A stretch of 64,000 nt of DNA from Plasmodiophora brassicae (GCA_036867785.1 CP145418.1:558001-622000); one strand, 5' to 3'. Positions 10,964 to 26,731 are shown, numbered from the stretch's first letter. Translations and numbers: made by a program. Notes: a model not told the origin generated them from the sequence alone.

Positions 10964-13416
10964 TTATACATTATTCAACTCGGTTGATGTGTCCAGCTCT
11001 TGAACCGCATCTGAATCCAGCGGGTCGCCACGGTCGGACGCGATGGTATGTTGCCTATACGCCTTGAAAAGCTCGTCGCTCTCATTGGTAGACTCCATGG
11101 TACGCTTGGCCGCACTGCCGTCGGTGCCATTACCGACACCAACGAAAGCACGCTTGCCGAGCAAAGTTAATTCCATCGAGTCGTTATCCTTGGAAGACGG
11201 CGATTCGACGTCGACGGCAGAGGTGTGTACAACAGGTGAAGACGGGCCTGACTCAACCGCATCGCTGGATTCAACGACAAACCGCTCGATCGGCCTTGGT
11301 AGAGTCCAGCGTGCACCTCCAGCCTGTTCATAGGCAAGGTCCGCGATTCGGCGTCGGATCTCGTTACGCTCGTTTCTGGGAAGGTCGTCCGCGAACCAGG
11401 TGGGACGATGAGGGCACGACGGGTCAGGTTGTTCACGTGCAACACGATCCGCAAACAGGAGCAGAAAGATTCCACAGTCGTAGGAATTTCTTTGGTGAGG
11501 AACGTCGACATCGACGAGACGGAAGTTCCTCGTTATCGCGAGTCTGTCCGCCCGCCTCTGGATGCGTGTGCCAACCGGTTTCAGCGCTTCTTGAACGTAC
11601 TTCTTGATAACCTTGTGGACACGAGCGCCAGACCCACCCAGAGAATCGTAGTACAGCATGGTGGGCAGCTCGCTAGGAGGAGCATCATCGTCAGGCTGGC
11701 CGGGATTGCAGACGACAGCCAGGGTCCAGTGTATGGCTTCGTTGACGGGGATCAACCACATGCGCTTACTGAACAGATCGTCCTTGTCAGCCCATCGCTT
11801 TACCGCCTCGTACGATTCCCCAGTGGTGATGAACTTCTTGTAAAAGAACGAACTGAATATGTGAACGTCTTCGGGGCATTGTTCTCGGATGCGGTTCAGT
11901 TCAAAGTCGATGATGGTGTCGTTGAGGAACTCGCAGGGATCCAGCACGCAAAGGTCGCCGACTGTGACAGTTACACAGAGACGCGATTCACGAGGGTGAC
12001 AAACAATAATCGTGTCCTTCTCAGCCTTGCGCCGATCTCGGGACGGCTTGTCTATCCGTTTGAAAGGGAACGTATCGCGCGATGGCCACCGTTCGTGAAG
12101 CCAGGAGAGGGGATCCTCACAGACGGCCAGCATTGGCATTTCACCAGCAAGCGTGCGAAGTTCGTTGAACGCATTCCTGCCCACAAGCAGGGTAATCCAA
12201 ACGCAGCCGTTCCGCGCCTGCTTCAGCTGGTAGGGCCGGACCCACTGACCCATTTCGGCGTTTGTCTCGATCGACAAAAACCCAGGAAGGTCGCTCTCGA
12301 CTGGTATACACCAGGTGGCATGTTTGATCGAGCTGAAAGGAACCGCCTGTACGATGTACTTCGTGAACTGTGTGGCACGTACGTCAGCGTAGCGAAGCGA
12401 CAGAAAGTGACGATCTTCGGTACCTCGATAACAAGAGTGGGGTCGCTCTGGACGGTCGAAGACGGTTTCTTGAAGGCTACACTGGATGGGCCATGGCCGG
12501 CAAGTCGTTGACCGGATAGCCAGATCTCTCCTACAAGCACCGAGGTCTGCAGATTACTCTTCCAAACGGACTCAACAGCATCTACAATGCAACGGAAATT
12601 ACTATCACGTTGCCCTGAAAGTGGGAACAACTTACTCCGTTCTTCCTCGGTGTCGTCGTCGTCGCTCAGCTCGACAGGATTGGAAATGGTGGTACCGGGG
12701 CCAATGACCTGCAGAAGCACCATAGGCAATAATGAACACTGAGCGAGGGCAGACAAACAGGGACGTTTACCTTGTTCAAGCGATTGGACCGACGAGTCGC
12801 TAGTAGCTCAGGTGTTCGGGATGACCTCAGGCACGTCGCCTCCTGGCCCGTATCGTCCTCCAGTTCTTGTATCAAATTCAGCGTTGGTCGGTTCGTCCTC
12901 GGGCTGGGCCTCAGATTGAACTGTTGAACGGGGGTCGTTCTCGACCGTATAGATCCAAACTCTGTCCGGTCGCTCACCAGGATTCGCTGGCTCGGCTGCG
13001 CAAACGTTATCGACCCATGCCGACCAGTCGACACACTGGATTCGGCGAGTTCAGAGTTCCTGTCTGACGGGACGTGTTGGAGTCGAGATACGCACGAGCA
13101 CCACCAATATGCATGAGTACGTACCTAGCTCCTCTTGACGCTTGGCCCATGTGTCATCTGCCATACGCTTCCGCTTCTCTCTCTCCTGCTCTTCCTTCTG
13201 CTTCTGCAGCATTGCCGGTTGGGTGACTGGTAGTCTCGCTCGGGCCGCCTGTCTCTCGGCCAGGTTCGACCGGATGCCTGCATTGGCCAAATTCACCTGG
13301 AACTTGCCCTGCGTGCGTTTCCTGCCGGGGATGCCCACCCGAGACAGCACGGTGCGGGCGGGCGATGGACGCGCCGGCTGCGACTCCGGCGGATCGTACG
13401 GGTCCTCGACCTCCAT
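10964..13416 (-). CDS. SUMO-specific cysteine protease (Ulp1/C48 family, SENP6/7-ULP2-like), multi-exon
   Basis: EFLNDTIIDF, HIFSSFFYKK, LIPVNEAIHWTLAVV, YYDSL, PHQRNSYDCGIFLL give a complete His-Asp-Cys triad. Upstream exons run to MEVEDPYD. Confidence 0.88.
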
Positions 13417-13884
13417 GGCATCCGCCGTCGGCGCCGCCGTGGAAACTCGGCCCCGAGGCAGTCCGCGGACGATCCCCAACAGCCTGAACATGAACATATA
13501 TGCACCCCGGAGCGGTCACACGTCGCAGCTGCAAATCGTCACAGTCGGATCGCGTGTCTTCTGCTGGTACACGTGCGATCATTGGGGGCACTGGCTACGC
13601 CCCTACCAGTCGCACAACGTCGTGTTCCGACTGCTGCGGCGTTGCTGCACAGGTCGGGTCCGTGCAGCCTAAAATCGGGTCGGGACGGGTTCGGTAAACC
13701 GATGACGGGCGGTCGAGGCCGGCAGCGCCACTGCGACTTGCTTGCACAGGGGGTGGGAAAATTCTTCTTCGGTGTTTTGTTGGCGTACGTACCGCAGTAT
13801 ATTGGTATATAACCGATCAGCCGCCCCGCAGCTGCCCCAGAACTGCCCGACTGGCGCAGTCCGTAACTGCCCAACAGACACTGG

Positions 13885-14094
13885 CGCTGTGACAATTAGG
13901 GGAACGTGCGCTGTGACAATTAGGGGAACGTGCGCTGTGACAATTAGGGGAACGTGCGCTGTGACAATTAGGGGAACGTGCGCTGTGACAATTAGGGGAA
14001 CGTGCGCTGTGACAATTAGGGGAACGTGCGCTGTGACAATTAGGGGAACGTGCGCTGTGACAATTAGGGGAACGTGCGCTGTGACAATTAGGGA
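13885..14094. repeat. 24-bp minisatellite (GCTGTGACAATTAGGGGAACGTGC), 8 full copies plus 1 partial
   Basis: Perfect tandem copies are directly visible and translate as (AVTIRGTC)n. Confidence 0.97.
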
Positions 14095-14235
14095 GTAATA
14101 GGCATTTTAAGACATCAAATCTATCGTGTATTTGGACTGCCGAAGCCGTCGGTTGCCGTGGACGTTTATTCAAACTGCGCGGCTGCGCGACCTCCGTCGC
14201 GGCCGTGCCATAACATGCGGCGTGGCGAGGGCCCA

Positions 14236-14698
<463 letters not shown>

Positions 14699-14863
14699 CG
14701 CACTTTTCGATAGTGCGCCCGTCGGGCAGATCACGGTTAGTGTGTGTGTCGACCCTGCTGTGTGTGTGTGTCGACGGGGTGAACTCCGTGGCCGCGGCGC
14801 TCAAACATTCGCTCGGTTTGGGGGTAGAGGGACTCCGGCGGAGGGAGACGTTTATTTGTCATC

Positions 14864-16488
<1,625 letters not shown>

Positions 16489-16799
16489 CGCAGTCGCAGG
16501 AAGCGCGCTCGAATTGAATTTGATGATTGTCTGGTAGTACATACCCATCCGACTACCCGATATCGACGTGTGACGCCGTGGCCGTCCATTCGCACCAGTG
16601 TCCGTTAGATGTACACTCTCGCGATCGGAGTGACCCCAATTAGTAGACATCTAGTAGCGCCTCACGTCAGGGCGGCTGGCGCATATGACGCCATCTCGAC
16701 AAGGACGTTCAAACTTCCTGTTGCGGGACCGGATGAAACTGTTTGAGAATTACCCGACGGTGAGACGGCATGGCTGAACAGTCGACAATGGCGGTCTGA

Positions 16800-19447
16800 T
16801 GGAGCGGCCCCGCAGAAACTCGATGACGTCTACCCGGGCCAGATCGAGTTCGATAACCCCGAGCTATCGCAGGCACACCGGAGCCACCAAGTAGTCCCGA
16901 GATTGCCGTCGTTCAGCCTGTCCGCCCGGATGACAGCTGAACCGCCGCGCCCCCAGCCCACCGGTGTCTGTGCTGGGTTTCGGTCGCATCGCGAAATGAA
17001 CACCACGCCGAGGTAGATCGCATCGTATGACAAGGCGCTCCCCGGCTCAGGGACCCACCTTGTTCCCTAGGGCAGAGACATGCGCGTCTCACCCCATCAT
17101 TCCTCCGCTCGCATTCCGCTTACCACCGGTACGTTGAAGCGACTTTGACGCTGACGCCGACTCTGAGAGATACCCTCCTAGTTCAACGACATCCCTCCAC
17201 CGGAACCGAACAAATTGATCGTACGGCGCGAAACTCGGGTACATCTGGGAGCCGTTGTCTGAGGCCGGTATCGTGGCAGACGCTAGCCGAGCATCAAGCT
17301 GAGCTCCAGCAAGTTGTATCCGCACGAGGCGTCGAGCTTCGCGAGACGTTCCAGGATAAACTTCGCGCGCAGCTAATGTCGATGACCGGCGAGTCGAGCC
17401 AGCTGGCCGCCGAGACCAAAGACCACCTTGAGAAGACTATCAGCTCTTACACCTCCAGGTTTGTCCTACGTACACGAACGCTAACAGGTCCGGACCAACA
17501 ATGGGCAGGTTCAACGCGATCTTGTCCTGGCTGAAGCAGACCGAAGAGGCCAAGGAAGCGGCCGCGAAGCTGGAAACGGAGATCGCGGCCGTCACCGCCG
17601 TCAACGAGTCCATGCGCATGACACACGAGGCCAACCTGGCCGAACTGGCCGACCAGTACGACATCCTCCAGATCCAGCTGTCGGAACGTCTGACCAACGA
17701 GCAGAAGGTATGCGATGACCCATTGGCGTACCTGTGCAACACTATGCCTCATTCCCCAACATGGCATTGCTGGCTCCCATCCCCCTAATAGCGTCAGTAA
17801 CAGGAAGCCGAGCGCAAGCGAAGTAGGCCTGGATTCGACGGTCTGAACAGTGAGGTTGTGCCTCACTGGCCGGACCACCAAGAACCAGAACAGGAACGGG
17901 CGCAGCAATCATATCGAAGGCGATCATCGGCAGCCACATCACAGGTTTCAGCACCGCGTCGTCGGGAAAGCATCCGTCCAGCCAAGTCGTCGCGTGGGAC
18001 CGAAGGCAGCATCCCTGCTGAAGCGGAAACTCGCCACGAACGAGGCAGTCGCCCTTCGAATAAGCCGGCGGCAATGTCACCCGGGCCTTCGAAAGCACGG
18101 GGCCCCGCTAAGGCGTCGATGACGATGGAGACCATGGCGGCGTTGGCCAACGCACCCAGCAGCATCAACATTCGAAAGCGAGTGTCCACGATGTCGTCTG
18201 CCGACGGATCCAGGCGCGATTCGACCGCGATGCCCGGATCGAAGAGGGAATCGATCGCGGTAGCTGGACCGAAACTTCGCGACACGCTGATGCCATCCAG
18301 CGGGTCGAAACGCGAATCGATCATGGCACCGTCGAAACGCGAATCGCTCGCATCGACGGGGGCACCTGAGGTGCACTCGTTTCCGCCTGTGGTTCCTTGT
18401 GGGGATGGGAGCAGCTCTGATAACAATGATTTTCTCCCATTCATACCCGTGTATTGGATGTCTCGGGCACTGACTGGTGTCTGTGCGATAGGCCGACCTG
18501 CTGCATGCCAAGATTCGAGCGAAACAACAGGTGCGAACATCGGCAAGGGCACGCCGCGACAGCTGATGTGTGTTCCTGCAGTCGGTACGAGCCCTGGAGG
18601 GTGCCGTGCAGGCCATGCAGAGCGAGATTGACGCGCTGCCGCCGGAAATCGCACGCCTGTCCGCTGAAAACGACAAGCTGGCCAAGGACGAAATCGAGCG
18701 CCTGGCACAGGTTCGCGATGACGCTGGCGCATCGTTGCCCGCGACATTCATGTATTACGATCCACCGTCAGGTAGAGGACGAAAACGAGAAAAGCGCTGC
18801 CCAGGAGATCGCTGCTGTCAAACAACGCCTGGTTGACAGTCGTGACGCGCTGGCGGCGCTTATCAAGAAGACCACCCGCCAGAAGCAGTACAACGACAAG
18901 CTTCGCAGTAAGGTTGGTGGACCGATACACCACCGCCACCGCCTGCTGGACGGTTCACTGACCGCGGATTGCCCAGCTATCTTCGGTCGAGATGAAATGC
19001 AGGATGGCGCGGGACGCGCTGGAGCGTGACCGCCAGTCGGAAACCGCCCGACAGCAGCGCCTGGAGGCCAAGTTCGCCGAACAGCGCCTGGCGTTAGCGG
19101 GCGTGTTCCGCCGCATCATGGACAGCGTCGAATCGTGCCGCCGCGTGACCGACGGGTTGCACACCGGGCTGACCTGCAGCGTCTGCTTCAACGAGTTCGA
19201 CGACCCGTACGTGTTCTCGCCGTGCGGGCACACGTCGTGCCAGGTCTGCATCCCTGCCGACCGGTTCTGCCCCGTGTGCGCCCACGAAGACGGCGCCCCG
19301 CTCACCACGACCTGCATGAAGAACGACCTGCTGGCGCGTATCATCGAACAGCACAAGTGGTTCATCGAGCCGATGATGGAGGCGGGCGACGCGATTCGTG
19401 CCGTGTGCACCCAGGTGCTGAGCGGCAAGCCACCGTCTACCTCGTAG
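16800..19447 (+). CDS. Coiled-coil protein with a C-terminal C3HC4 RING finger (putative E3 ligase), multi-exon; start uncertain
   Basis: Several coiled-coil exons. The last exon has CSVC...PCGHTSCQVC...CPVC. Confidence 0.65.
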
Positions 19448-19509
19448 CCGGGCCCCATAAACCATGGACACGCTACCGTATGTGTGTTTATATGAGCACG
19501 ACGGATCGG

Positions 19510-20589
19510 TCACGACTGGTCGGTATCGGTGTCGATGTCGTCGCTCGCCACCGAGCTGGTACTTCGCGCCAGCTCCTGCGCGTTCTTCACCGACTGCGAC
19601 ATGATCAGGATGGCGGACGCCGCCGCGATGTCCGCCGCCGTCGTCGTCGTCGTCGTCAAACTCTTCCTATGATAATACGGTGCCGCGTCCATCGCCTTGT
19701 CATACGTTATCGGACTGGCTATCCTGGTCGACGCTATCGCTGCGGTTAGCGGCGCATGAACCAGGCACGGCAACACCAGGGGCCGACCTGCACTACCCGT
19801 TGCCGCGCTCGCCCTGTCTGGAAGCACCGCGGGGACAGGGCCGCTCAGCTTGCAATTCTTGCTGACGTGGTTGAGGATCTTCTTGAGATCCTGGACGGCC
19901 TTCCGGCGGCCACAGTCGCAGTCGTAGAACTGAAGGTTGCGTTCGTTCTTCCAGACGCGGATCCGGTTCAGCGGCGGCTCCGTCGGGTGGTACAGGTGCG
20001 AGAACGTCAGCTCGCTGATGTTCGCCGAGCGCTTACGTGCCCTTGGGTTGGACCTTCCGCTCTGCACTTTGCGATACGACGGTAGGTCCGATTGTGCCAG
20101 CGTCAGACGACGGGCGACTGGGAACGCGGTTGTCTGTGCTGTGGACTGGAACGGGGCGGACACCTACAACCAGCGACTCAGGAAGCGGCGAGCCAGCGCA
20201 CGTGTGAAGACACGAACGAGTCGTTGGGCGGTATCCTTGGGAAGTTGGAAATGGAAGGGCGGGATGGCGGGCTGGGGTTTGGAGTGTGGGGAAGGCACCG
20301 CGGACGTGTTCGTGGATTGCGGGAGCGAGAAGGCTGGCATAAAGCTCTGTCTGACCAGGTTGGCATTGACAACAGGCGGCGTGTCCAGGGTGAGAGAACG
20401 ATGCCTGTTGTTTGGCCCACGTGATGCTGGGAGCAGGTGGTGCTGGTGCTGGCTGTGGGCGACGGCCGCAAACGATCGCGCTTGGACAGGGTCGCTGGAC
20501 ACGCTGGCCGACCGACGAACACCATCGTTCGACTCGCTAGAGGCGATGCCGCCAACCGAGACCATCTGCTCGTCGTCCATGCTGCTCAT
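19510..20589 (-). CDS. Hypothetical low-complexity protein with a possible CxC...H...C zinc-binding motif, two exons
   Basis: ORFs 20164-20652 and 19510-20163 can be joined by an intron. Motif FYDCDCGRRKAVQDLKKILNHVSKNC. Confidence 0.5.
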
Positions 20590-21061
20590 GCGAATGCAGA
20601 GCCGTACGAAACTGGCCCCAGAGGTCACCAACAGGCGTGCGCCCCAGGGCACCGTGACTCCTGCTCGTTTGTAATTATCTCGTGACCACCTGCCCCACCG
20701 AACGCCGGGCAGGCAGCCACCTCCACCACCCAGAGACGATGCCGAACGCGTCCACGTGGCGTTCGGGTGCCGCCGCTACAGATATCAATGGACCACCGAT
20801 CGACCCCAGCGCCGTGGGGCCGCTGAAGTACCTCGCAAATGGCATGTGTGTTCGCCCCCCAGCCGACGATATCTTCCTGATCGCCGGTACGTCCTGTGCC
20901 ACATCGTTCGATTGCTGTCACGGTGCAGACGATGCGTCGGTGGCTTCCGGGTGTGCAGTTTTCGCGCGACTGCACTGCGCGTTGCGACGTGGTCCGGTCA
21001 ACTCCGTGACTCCCTCCAGTTCGTTGCGCTACGGCATTGCCGGGTCGCCGCACAGTCGCCG

Positions 21062-21715
21062 ATGTCGTACGCGGTGGACCGCGAGCGGTCGTCGCGGCGC
21101 GTGCGAACGCGGGAGATCCCGTCGTCGCCGTCGATCGTGTGTCGCGTCCTGGATGTGACGGGGCTGACGGTGGATACGACCGAGGAGCAGCTGAAGGCGT
21201 TCCTCGGTTGCTCGTCTGTCGACATCCCGAAGAACCCGCGGTCGGGCATTTCGATGGGTTACGGGTATGCGTATTTCTCGACGACCGCCCTGGCGTCGCA
21301 GGCGTACGCGAACATGCACATGCAGGAACTGAATGGCAACCCGTTGCACCTGTCGTTCTCGGCTTCTCGGCACCCAGATGCGCTCGACGCCACCGAGCGG
21401 CGTGAGAAAGCAAATTCGCGACGATCGGTGACTCGTTCTCCAGCGCGGCGTCGGTCGCTATCGCCGCGTCGTCGATCATCGCCGGCGCGTCGCAGTGGCA
21501 TCCCTGAGCCGCATCAGATGGTCGGGCGGCCGTGTGCCCACTACCCGAATTGCAAGAAGGGTGACCGATGCGAATGGGATCATATTGACGCCGACGGCCG
21601 CGACGCGCGATTCCCAAATCTGGTACCGGGGCAGTACAAGCGCGGGTCTCGTGATGCTGGCAGGTGGAGCTGTAAGCCATCGTCGTTGATGGGGCCAGTC
21701 GGCGCTGTGTACTGA
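21062..21715 (+). CDS. RRM + RS-rich + CCCH zinc-finger RNA-binding protein; ends uncertain
   Basis: RNP2 LDVTGL, RNP1 MGYGYAYF, then RSPARRRSLSPRRRSSP and CAHYPNCKKGDRCEWDH. Confidence 0.75.
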   Translation: MSYAVDRERSSRRVRTREIPSSPSIVCRVLDVTGLTVDTTEEQLKAFLGCSSVDIPKNPRSGISMGYGYAYFSTTALASQAYANMHMQELNGNPLHLSFSASRHPDALDATERREKANSRRSVTRSPARRRSLSPRRRSSPARRSGIPEPHQMVGRPCAHYPNCKKGDRCEWDHIDADGRDARFPNLVPGQYKRGSRDAGRWSCKPSSLMGPVGAVY

Positions 21716-21956
21716 TTGTGCTGAAGATGGGAAAAGCGGGCATCGTGAGAGGACGCCCACTGGTGATGACGATGGCCCTCGTCGTCGAAGCCGGTCGCCG
21801 AAGCCGCTTGAGCGTGACAGGCGATGAAGCAACATTTTGAGCGTGAAGACGTCCCGGCCACGCTGGTGAATCGGACAATTGTTCCAGATAACAAAGAATG
21901 ATACCCTGCGATATCTGACATGATGAATGTGCGGGCCGTCTTTATCGATGTTGAGG

Positions 21957-22740
21957 TCACTTGGCGATATCGATTCCAGCCATCCCGTTGGGGCGATTAT
22001 CGACCCAGAATTCGCTCTGATGATTCTTGTCCCGCGGCTGACTAGCGTCCCTGAGTTGCGATCGACGCTTCCACATGACGATGACCAGTGGGATTTGAAG
22101 GGCCCAGACCAGGAATGACGTTGTTACGAGGATCCATCTGGCCACTGCGTTGCCTTTCGTCCAGAACCAGATCTGATGCAGCTCCATTTGGCCAGCGATA
22201 GTCAGTCCCAAGACCACAGTTAGGGTGAGGAACAATAACAGGCGCACGGCAAGCATGACCGTGGAGATCGTGTCGGATCGCGACGATATGATGGTGGTGA
22301 GGAGGCTCGTGACCATCAGTAGGAGTGGGATCAGAACCCAGCAATCTGTTCCGCTGAAGTGCATCTGGGGGCCTTGACTATACGACACGAGATGGAACCA
22401 GGAAACCACTGCACCCAATAATGGCTCGTCAGTCACACGTGGTCCCCGTCCTGCGATGAGTGCCACTAACGTGTCATGAGGACCAGCAGGGTTTCGGCAT
22501 ACACCAGCCACAGCAATGCCTTGTGCCACCCCGAACTGTGGACCCATTCAACATCTCGTGCGCTCCTGGCTACGTCGACAACGTACCGTTCGCATTCGTT
22601 TCCTTCCTGAGGCGACCGTTGGCGAGGACTGTTTGGCCCAGAGTCACCCCACGTCGACGCTGGTGGTTGGAGCATGACTGGAAACCTCGCCAAGAACGAC
22701 GCCTGTTCTTGGATTGGATTGGGTATGACGAGCTCGTCTT
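21957..22740 (-). CDS. Multi-pass membrane protein of unknown function, spliced; start uncertain
   Basis: Four to five hydrophobic segments in ORFs 21957-22547 and 22466-22693. Confidence 0.5.
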
Positions 22741-22804
22741 GCGATCATCCGGGATCCAATCCCTTCCGACATGACGTCACGCCCATTGACACCATGTATC
22801 GTGA

Positions 22805-23471
22805 TCATGTATTACGACGTCGCCGCCCTCTTTGGGGTGGACCCTCCCCTGGAACGGTAGGATCCATCGATTTCGCCTCCACTGCGCTCTCGATCTGCTG
22901 CCTGATTCGGTCGCAGGCTCCTGCCATTTTACGCTCCTGGCTAGCTAGCAGTCGCCGGATTGTCACAAGCGCGAGCTCGTCACCGTCAAGGACCGCCCTG
23001 GCTAGCGCTGGCTCGACACGAACGGGTTTATGCGCGGGTACCGGATCCAGCGTCGCAGATGTCATCGTTCCAATATCGTGAAGTGCCTCCAGCTCGGCGG
23101 CGATGTCTTGTATCGCCTCGATGACGTCTTCGCCGACCAGCGACGCCAAATGCGGAACGTCTCGTGCCGGCACAGCTGAGCAGAGCTTTGCCCAAACGCA
23201 GTTGTTCCACATCGAACGGCGCCGGTAGAATAACGGTTCTCCAACTGTACCCTATCCGAATCGTCCTATTTGTCGGGGTGGTCTGCGCCTCTGTTGAACA
23301 ACGAAACTGGATCACGATCGCATTGGAAGTGGTGGCTGTCGACGAAGGCGCATCGCTTGTTCGGGCCAGGAGCTCTGGACTGACCTGAGGCAACGCCTTC
23401 CTCGACAGCGACCGGTACCAATCCGATAGTGATTCGGTATCGTCGCACGCCCTAATAGTCCCGCTGTCCAA
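22805..23471 (-). CDS. Hypothetical protein; exon structure uncertain
   Basis: Overlapping ORFs 23028-23471 and 22805-23212 with protein-like composition. No family recognised. Confidence 0.4.
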
Positions 23472-23537
23472 GGACCTCTAACGAAGTCGAGCCTGGCTTT
23501 GGAAGACTGCTACTGCAGGCGACGACTAAAGAGCAAA

Positions 23538-24744
23538 CTATTGGCGTTCTGTAAAACATTGCCTTAGGCCGGACTCCAATAGGTCTTGCTTCAGGTTGCG
23601 CCCGATGACGACGAACTTAACAAAGGGCTTTGTGCTAGGATCCAATGGAGCACCCTCGTCCGTGTCAAACAGCTTTTGGACAGCTTGAACGTGAACACGG
23701 CGACCATTGTCGCCCGGGACGACGCCCTTGACGCGAAAGATGGTCCAACCATAGACAGCCTCATCGTCTTCATCCCAAAGGATCTCCGCAAGCCACCTTG
23801 TTAACGCGTTCTGGTCGACCCTGACGTCGACGAATGGGCCCAGCACGACAGCACCGATGGAGTGATCGTGACTACACGATGCCGGTACAGAGAGCTGTCG
23901 CTCGAGGAGCTCTGCGCTTGATGTCGCATAGGCATTTAACCCAGTAAGGTCGGGCAATTGCAGACCCTGCGCACGTTCACAGCTGCGGATGGGCGCCATT
24001 ACGTTGATCTCTGAGAGGCGCTTGAGAAGTGACGCTCGCTTCGTTTCAGACGAGATCAGGTCGGTCTTATTCACAATGATGCGATCAGCATACGCGATCT
24101 GGCGCTCCAAGCAGTGCCCTTCAGACGCACTCAGCTGGTCCAGACAATGTGCCGCATCGACAACAGTGAGAATAGCGTCAAGATGGATCGGTATCTCTAG
24201 CTCTTCATCAACCCAGAAGATGGACGCAATCCGACCTGCGATGGTATTGATCAGAACGACCTGGGACACCACCCAGTACGACATAAAGACCTGGGTCCGC
24301 AAGCCCACTGCATTCTAGAATATAATACGTGAAACGGTTCAGGTCGACCAGTTTCTGAAGAGCGCCGAGGAGATCCGACTTCACCGTACAGCAAACGCAC
24401 CCTGAGGGAAACAGATGATGAATGGACAGTGGGTCACGACGAATGTAGAAGCCGAGGGTAACCTTTGGCAAGTTCGATGAGATTGTCGAACACTTGACCG
24501 CTATCAGCGTCAGTGACAGTGGGATCCATACCCGCCTCCGAGAATTCATTCTGGATTAGCGCGACACGGTGACCCTGCTCCGCCAACATGCTCATCATGG
24601 CGTTCACCAGCGTTGTCTTTCCCGAGCCTAACCTGCGCACCGCACCTGTCAAACGACGATAAATCGTGAGCCACAAACCTCCCCATACCATCCTCCAACA
24701 ACAGTCAGCGGAACACTCCCGTCAACAGCCCCACCGCTTGTCAT
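23538..24744 (-). CDS. CBWD1: COBW-domain G3E GTPase zinc metallochaperone (CBWD/ZNG1-like), multi-exon
   Basis: VPLTVVGGW|LGSGKTTL, VALIQNEF, ELAKG|CVCCTVK, ILECSGLADPG, NKTDL, and CobW_C IFRVKG...VQAV...VVIGRNL. Confidence 0.9.
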
Positions 24745-25349
24745 TGCAGACAACCTCGCCGTTCTGCGCAATCCGCCGCTGCGCAGGTTTTCATTGTCGC
24801 GACTGGGTCAGTGTCAGAGCTGCACCCACCCATACATAAAGCGAAACCCTGACTGCTGTCAACAGCTTTCTGTAACTGCCGCATTTGACAGACGGCGATT
24901 ACATCAAACGGCAAGACGTCCCCTTGTTGTCGATCCGTAGCAAATTTGTCCCTGTGAGGGAACGTGCAGGAAATGTACAGGACTGGCAAACGTCGTCGAG
25001 TCGCGTCACTGACTAACAGCAACGACCATGGCCTCACTGTGCGTTCCCGCATTGGTGTTCTGGACGGGGCGCGTAACTGCGCAAGCAGGCGACTTCGTAT
25101 CTGCTACTAGACGATCCCTGTGCGGCGCGCCCTTTACTTCGACACCTGTATAGACACCTGCTGTCCGCGATCCGGGTCGCCTGCCGGCATACGCCGTCGC
25201 CTAACCTCATGAACGAAACACGGCAGTGGCTACGCTGACGACAAAAAATGGGGCGACGACGTACGAGACGGACGTGGGTGGCACTGGCAGTGCAGTTTAG
25301 TCCGTGGTCGTGTCGGGTCGTTGGGGGGTTCTCGCGTTCGCGCCGACCG

Positions 25350-26625
25350 ATGATGATCGTGTCGGCGTGGGTGCGCAGGCTGGCGCGGCCGACGGGCGCG
25401 TCGGTCAGGTACATAACGCCGTTCCTGGCGGGCAAGAAGGCGGAATGGGAGAAGAGCCCACTGCACGACGAGACGTCGCCGGAATATCGCGCCGAACTGG
25501 AGGCGCTCGTCGCCCAGTACGACAAGGAGCAGAGCGAGAAGAAGGTCAAGCAGCAGAAGGAACCGCCCATGCGTCGGACGGGGATTATTGCCCTGAAGGT
25601 TGGCATGATGGGCATGTACGATGCGTCTGGTGAAAAGCATCGTGCGTCAATCCAGTGCGAGAGTTCGTCAGACGTTCGTAGCTAATTTCTGTCTGGTCGA
25701 TAGCGGTGACGTTGCTTCATGTGGATAACTGCCATGTCCTGCAAGTTAAGTCTGAGCCGAATTCGCGTGGCCTTGTGGGGATTCAGATCGGGGCTGGCCA
25801 TCGCAAGCCGAAGAACTGCCCCAAGAGCATGATTGGGCATGCCGCAAAGGCGGGGTTGGAGCCGCACCGCAAGCTGGTAGGCAGTGTAGAACTCGGCCCC
25901 ATAGATGTGGTGCTCAAGTTTGTACACTGCTGCAGGTGGAATTTCCCGTGCATCCATCGGCGACACTGCCGACGGGGACACAGTTGAACGTGACGCATTT
26001 CGTCGCCGGGCAGCTCATCGACATCCAGGGCATTACAAACGGCAAAGGGTTTGCCGGAGCGATGAAGCGCTGGGGGTTCAAAGGGCAACGCGCCACGCAC
26101 GGGACGTCCATCTCGCACAGGTCGCTGGGTTCGACCGGCAACCGGCAAGATCCTGTGAGCACCGCCTACAACCGGTCGCTGGACGACGTTTCCTTCTGAT
26201 CGATTCTGGACAGGGTCGAACGTGGAAGGGAAAGAAAATGGCTGGTCATATGGGCTGCAAGAAGCGGACGCAGCAATGTGTCAAGGTGATGGTACTGCGA
26301 CAGTGCTGTGCTGGCATCCTTAACCAGTTGTTTCGTGGTAGATTCTGCGGATTGACCCCGAGAGGAACCTGATCTACGTCAGAGGCAGCATCCCTGGACG
26401 AAAGGGCAACTGGGTCACGATTCGCGATGCAGTGCGCAGACCGGTAGGTCCATGTCGATAGCTAGCTTTGCGCCACCGACTAAGCCGAGTTCACGTCGTT
26501 TCCAGAAACAGCTAGCAGGGTTGCCGATCCCTACAAACGCCCCGGAATCGCTGACTGCTGGCGAAACGTTCGCCCCGACTCAGTTCTTCGACGAATTCGC
26601 TCCGAAGGTTTCAACCTCGGGCTAA
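25350..26625 (+). CDS. MRPL3: Mitochondrial ribosomal protein uL3m, multi-exon
   Basis: [82 protein letters not shown]. Confidence 0.93.
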
Positions 26626-26731
26626 AGCGCCATTATAAACGGCCGTCCGGCAACTTAATGGACAACAACGATTGTAAACGTGGGTCGTCGCGGCGAAGGG
26701 TAACCAGCTGTTGAACTCGGTTTATTTAACT

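Noticed and set aside
11408-12511. Long + strand ORF overlapping the SUMO protease, and similar antisense ORFs over ATP2, PHB2 and the 59.9-kb gene
   Set aside because: Expected antisense open frames in GC-rich coding DNA. The conserved motifs are on the other strand.
13885-14094. CRISPR array
   Set aside because: The units are contiguous and identical with no unique spacers, there are no cas genes, and the context is eukaryotic.
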